This document shows positions 6,226 through 7,016 of a stretch of 7,016 nt of DNA, in pieces. Made by a program: the position numbers and the translations under genes. Source of the DNA: Candidatus Heimdallarchaeota archaeon B3_Heim (lineage in GTDB: Archaea; Asgardarchaeota; Heimdallarchaeia; Hodarchaeales; Hodarchaeaceae); assembly GCA_003144275.1 (NCBI GenBank), contig NJBF01000087.1, forward strand, positions 1 to 7,016. The letters are read 5' to 3'. Every line of letters begins with the position of its first letter. The first letter of the stretch is position 1. A model generated the notes under the pieces. The model was not told where the DNA came from. It searched no databases and worked only from the letters and a program-made list of their open reading frames with translations.

Positions 6226-6356
6226 ATTGAAAGACAATTGAGGACTAGGGGAACTCATCCTCTTTCTCCCTCATTTTTGCTGTCACATTTTAGTAGAATA
6301 ATGTGAAAAGGGTCAGTCCTTTCATTTACCCACTTCTGATCTGGTGGTCTTTCAAT
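6226..6356. other. 131-bp intergenic element bounded by a perfect 10-bp inverted repeat, with nested stems
   Basis: ATTGAAAGAC 6226-6235 / GTCTTTCAAT 6347-6356; AGGACT 6241-6246 / AGTCCT 6315-6320; TCACATT 6283-6289 / AATGTGA 6300-6306. It lies between convergent genes. Confidence 0.6.
6295..6320 (+). repeat. Partial repeat copy C5
   Basis: AGAATAATGTGAAAAGGGTCAGTCCT vs C3 3766-3791 AGAATAATATGGAAAGTGCCAGTCCT, 22/26 ungapped. Upstream AGGACTA (6241-6247) resembles the AGGGCTA block. Confidence 0.6.
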
Positions 6357-6383
6357 TTTCTATTAATAAAAGTTTTTTTACTT

Positions 6384-6608
6384 CTACCATCGTCCTGTGC
6401 GCTTTTTACTCCGAGGATGTTGTTTTTTACTGCGAAACATACTGAGCTTCTTTCGTCGCTTATCACCTTTATTTCGCTTCTTATAATGGACGACTTCCCC
6501 CCGTCTTAATCTTCTTCCCATTTTTTTTTCTGCTACCTGTCGCGGTTCCGATTTTCCTGAGTCTCCAAACCGTTTATCCCCTTTTTTATTCCTAAAAATC
6601 CTCACCAT
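6384..6608 (-). pseudogene. HNH endonuclease-like ORF (HNH_3-type) with substituted catalytic residues; pseudogene, inactive derivative or sequence errors
   Basis: RQVAEKKMGRRLRRGEVVHYKKRNKGDKRRKKL...H follows the spacing of the HR.VAE..LGR.L...EVVHH.N.NK.DN...NL consensus, but key His and Asn positions read P, Y, K, K and K. Confidence 0.7.
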
Positions 6609-6630
6609 CTAAATCTCTTCCCTTTCCATT

Positions 6631-6762
6631 TTATCTTTTTGATTTCCTGTGAGTTGGATTCAGTTGATTTGCTCTGTTGTTCCTGTCGGCTTTATAACTG
6701 CTATTCATTGGATTTTTTACATTCCCCCTCTGATTACTACCTTTTCTTTTACCCATCTTCAT
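6631..6762 (-). CDS. Small basic protein (43 aa) with an NNRANQLNP motif, not in the ORF track
   Basis: Hand translation: MKMGKRKGSNQRGNVKNPMNSSYKADRNNRANQLNPTHRKSKR*. It contains an internal pseudo-repeat (NQRGNVKNP / NNRANQLNP) and ends 22 nt before the HNH ORF start. Confidence 0.6.
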   Translation of the reverse strand: MKMGKRKGSNQRGNVKNPMNSSYKADRNNRANQLNPTHRKSKR

Positions 6763-7016
6763 TCACTATCATGACTAGATTTGTCAGACAACTCTTGAAA
6801 AGAGTTCTGGACAGGATGAGTCACACATCCGCTATCCGGCAGATTAGCACCACTAAAAGGGTTACTATTCATTGGGACTACTTGAAGCGTCCTTACTGCT
6901 GATATCCCCAGCGCTAATACCTCTCACGTCTAAAGGGTCATTCTTCTCTTGCCTTTGACGGGTAACTCGTCTCACGTAGTTACAAGTGAATAAGACCCAA
7001 GAAGTTAGGAATTTTT

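Noticed and set aside
6226-6235. ATTGAAAG as a CRISPR repeat end
   Set aside because: It occurs only as one inverted pair, not as a direct-repeat array.
6303-6902. Plus-strand ORFs 6303-6509 and 6639-6902
   Set aside because: Antisense shadows of the HNH-like and NQLNP ORFs, with low-complexity F/L/S/C composition.
6865-7014. Minus-strand open frame entering from the right edge (…NDPLDVRGISAGDISSKDASSSPNE*)
   Set aside because: Only about 49 codons, with no start or motif visible; cannot be assessed within the window.

Overview
Archaeal window, probably Asgard (inferred from an archaeal-type 23S rRNA, a Rab-like ORF and a PGF-CTERM-like protein; Heimdallarchaeia is plausible but unproven). 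It opens with the 3' ~340 nt of a 23S rRNA gene (+), with no 5S gene following. Next come four minus-strand genes: an S9 peptidase, a 163-aa hypothetical protein, a degenerate Rab-like GTPase and a 55-aa ORF missing from the ORF track. Each is followed at its 3' end by a copy of a ~105-nt structured direct repeat. The first copy overlaps the 23S 3' end and the second carries extra 23S-derived sequence, giving a cassette-like array anchored on the rRNA gene. A divergent plus-strand pair encodes an orphan T6SS Hcp tube-family protein with an unexpected signal peptide and a PGF-CTERM-like surface protein. The right end holds an inverted-repeat element containing a partial fifth repeat copy, a catalytically degenerate HNH ORF and a small NQLNP-motif ORF. 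No integrase, transposase or reverse transcriptase is visible. All alignments and folds were done by eye; no searches were run.
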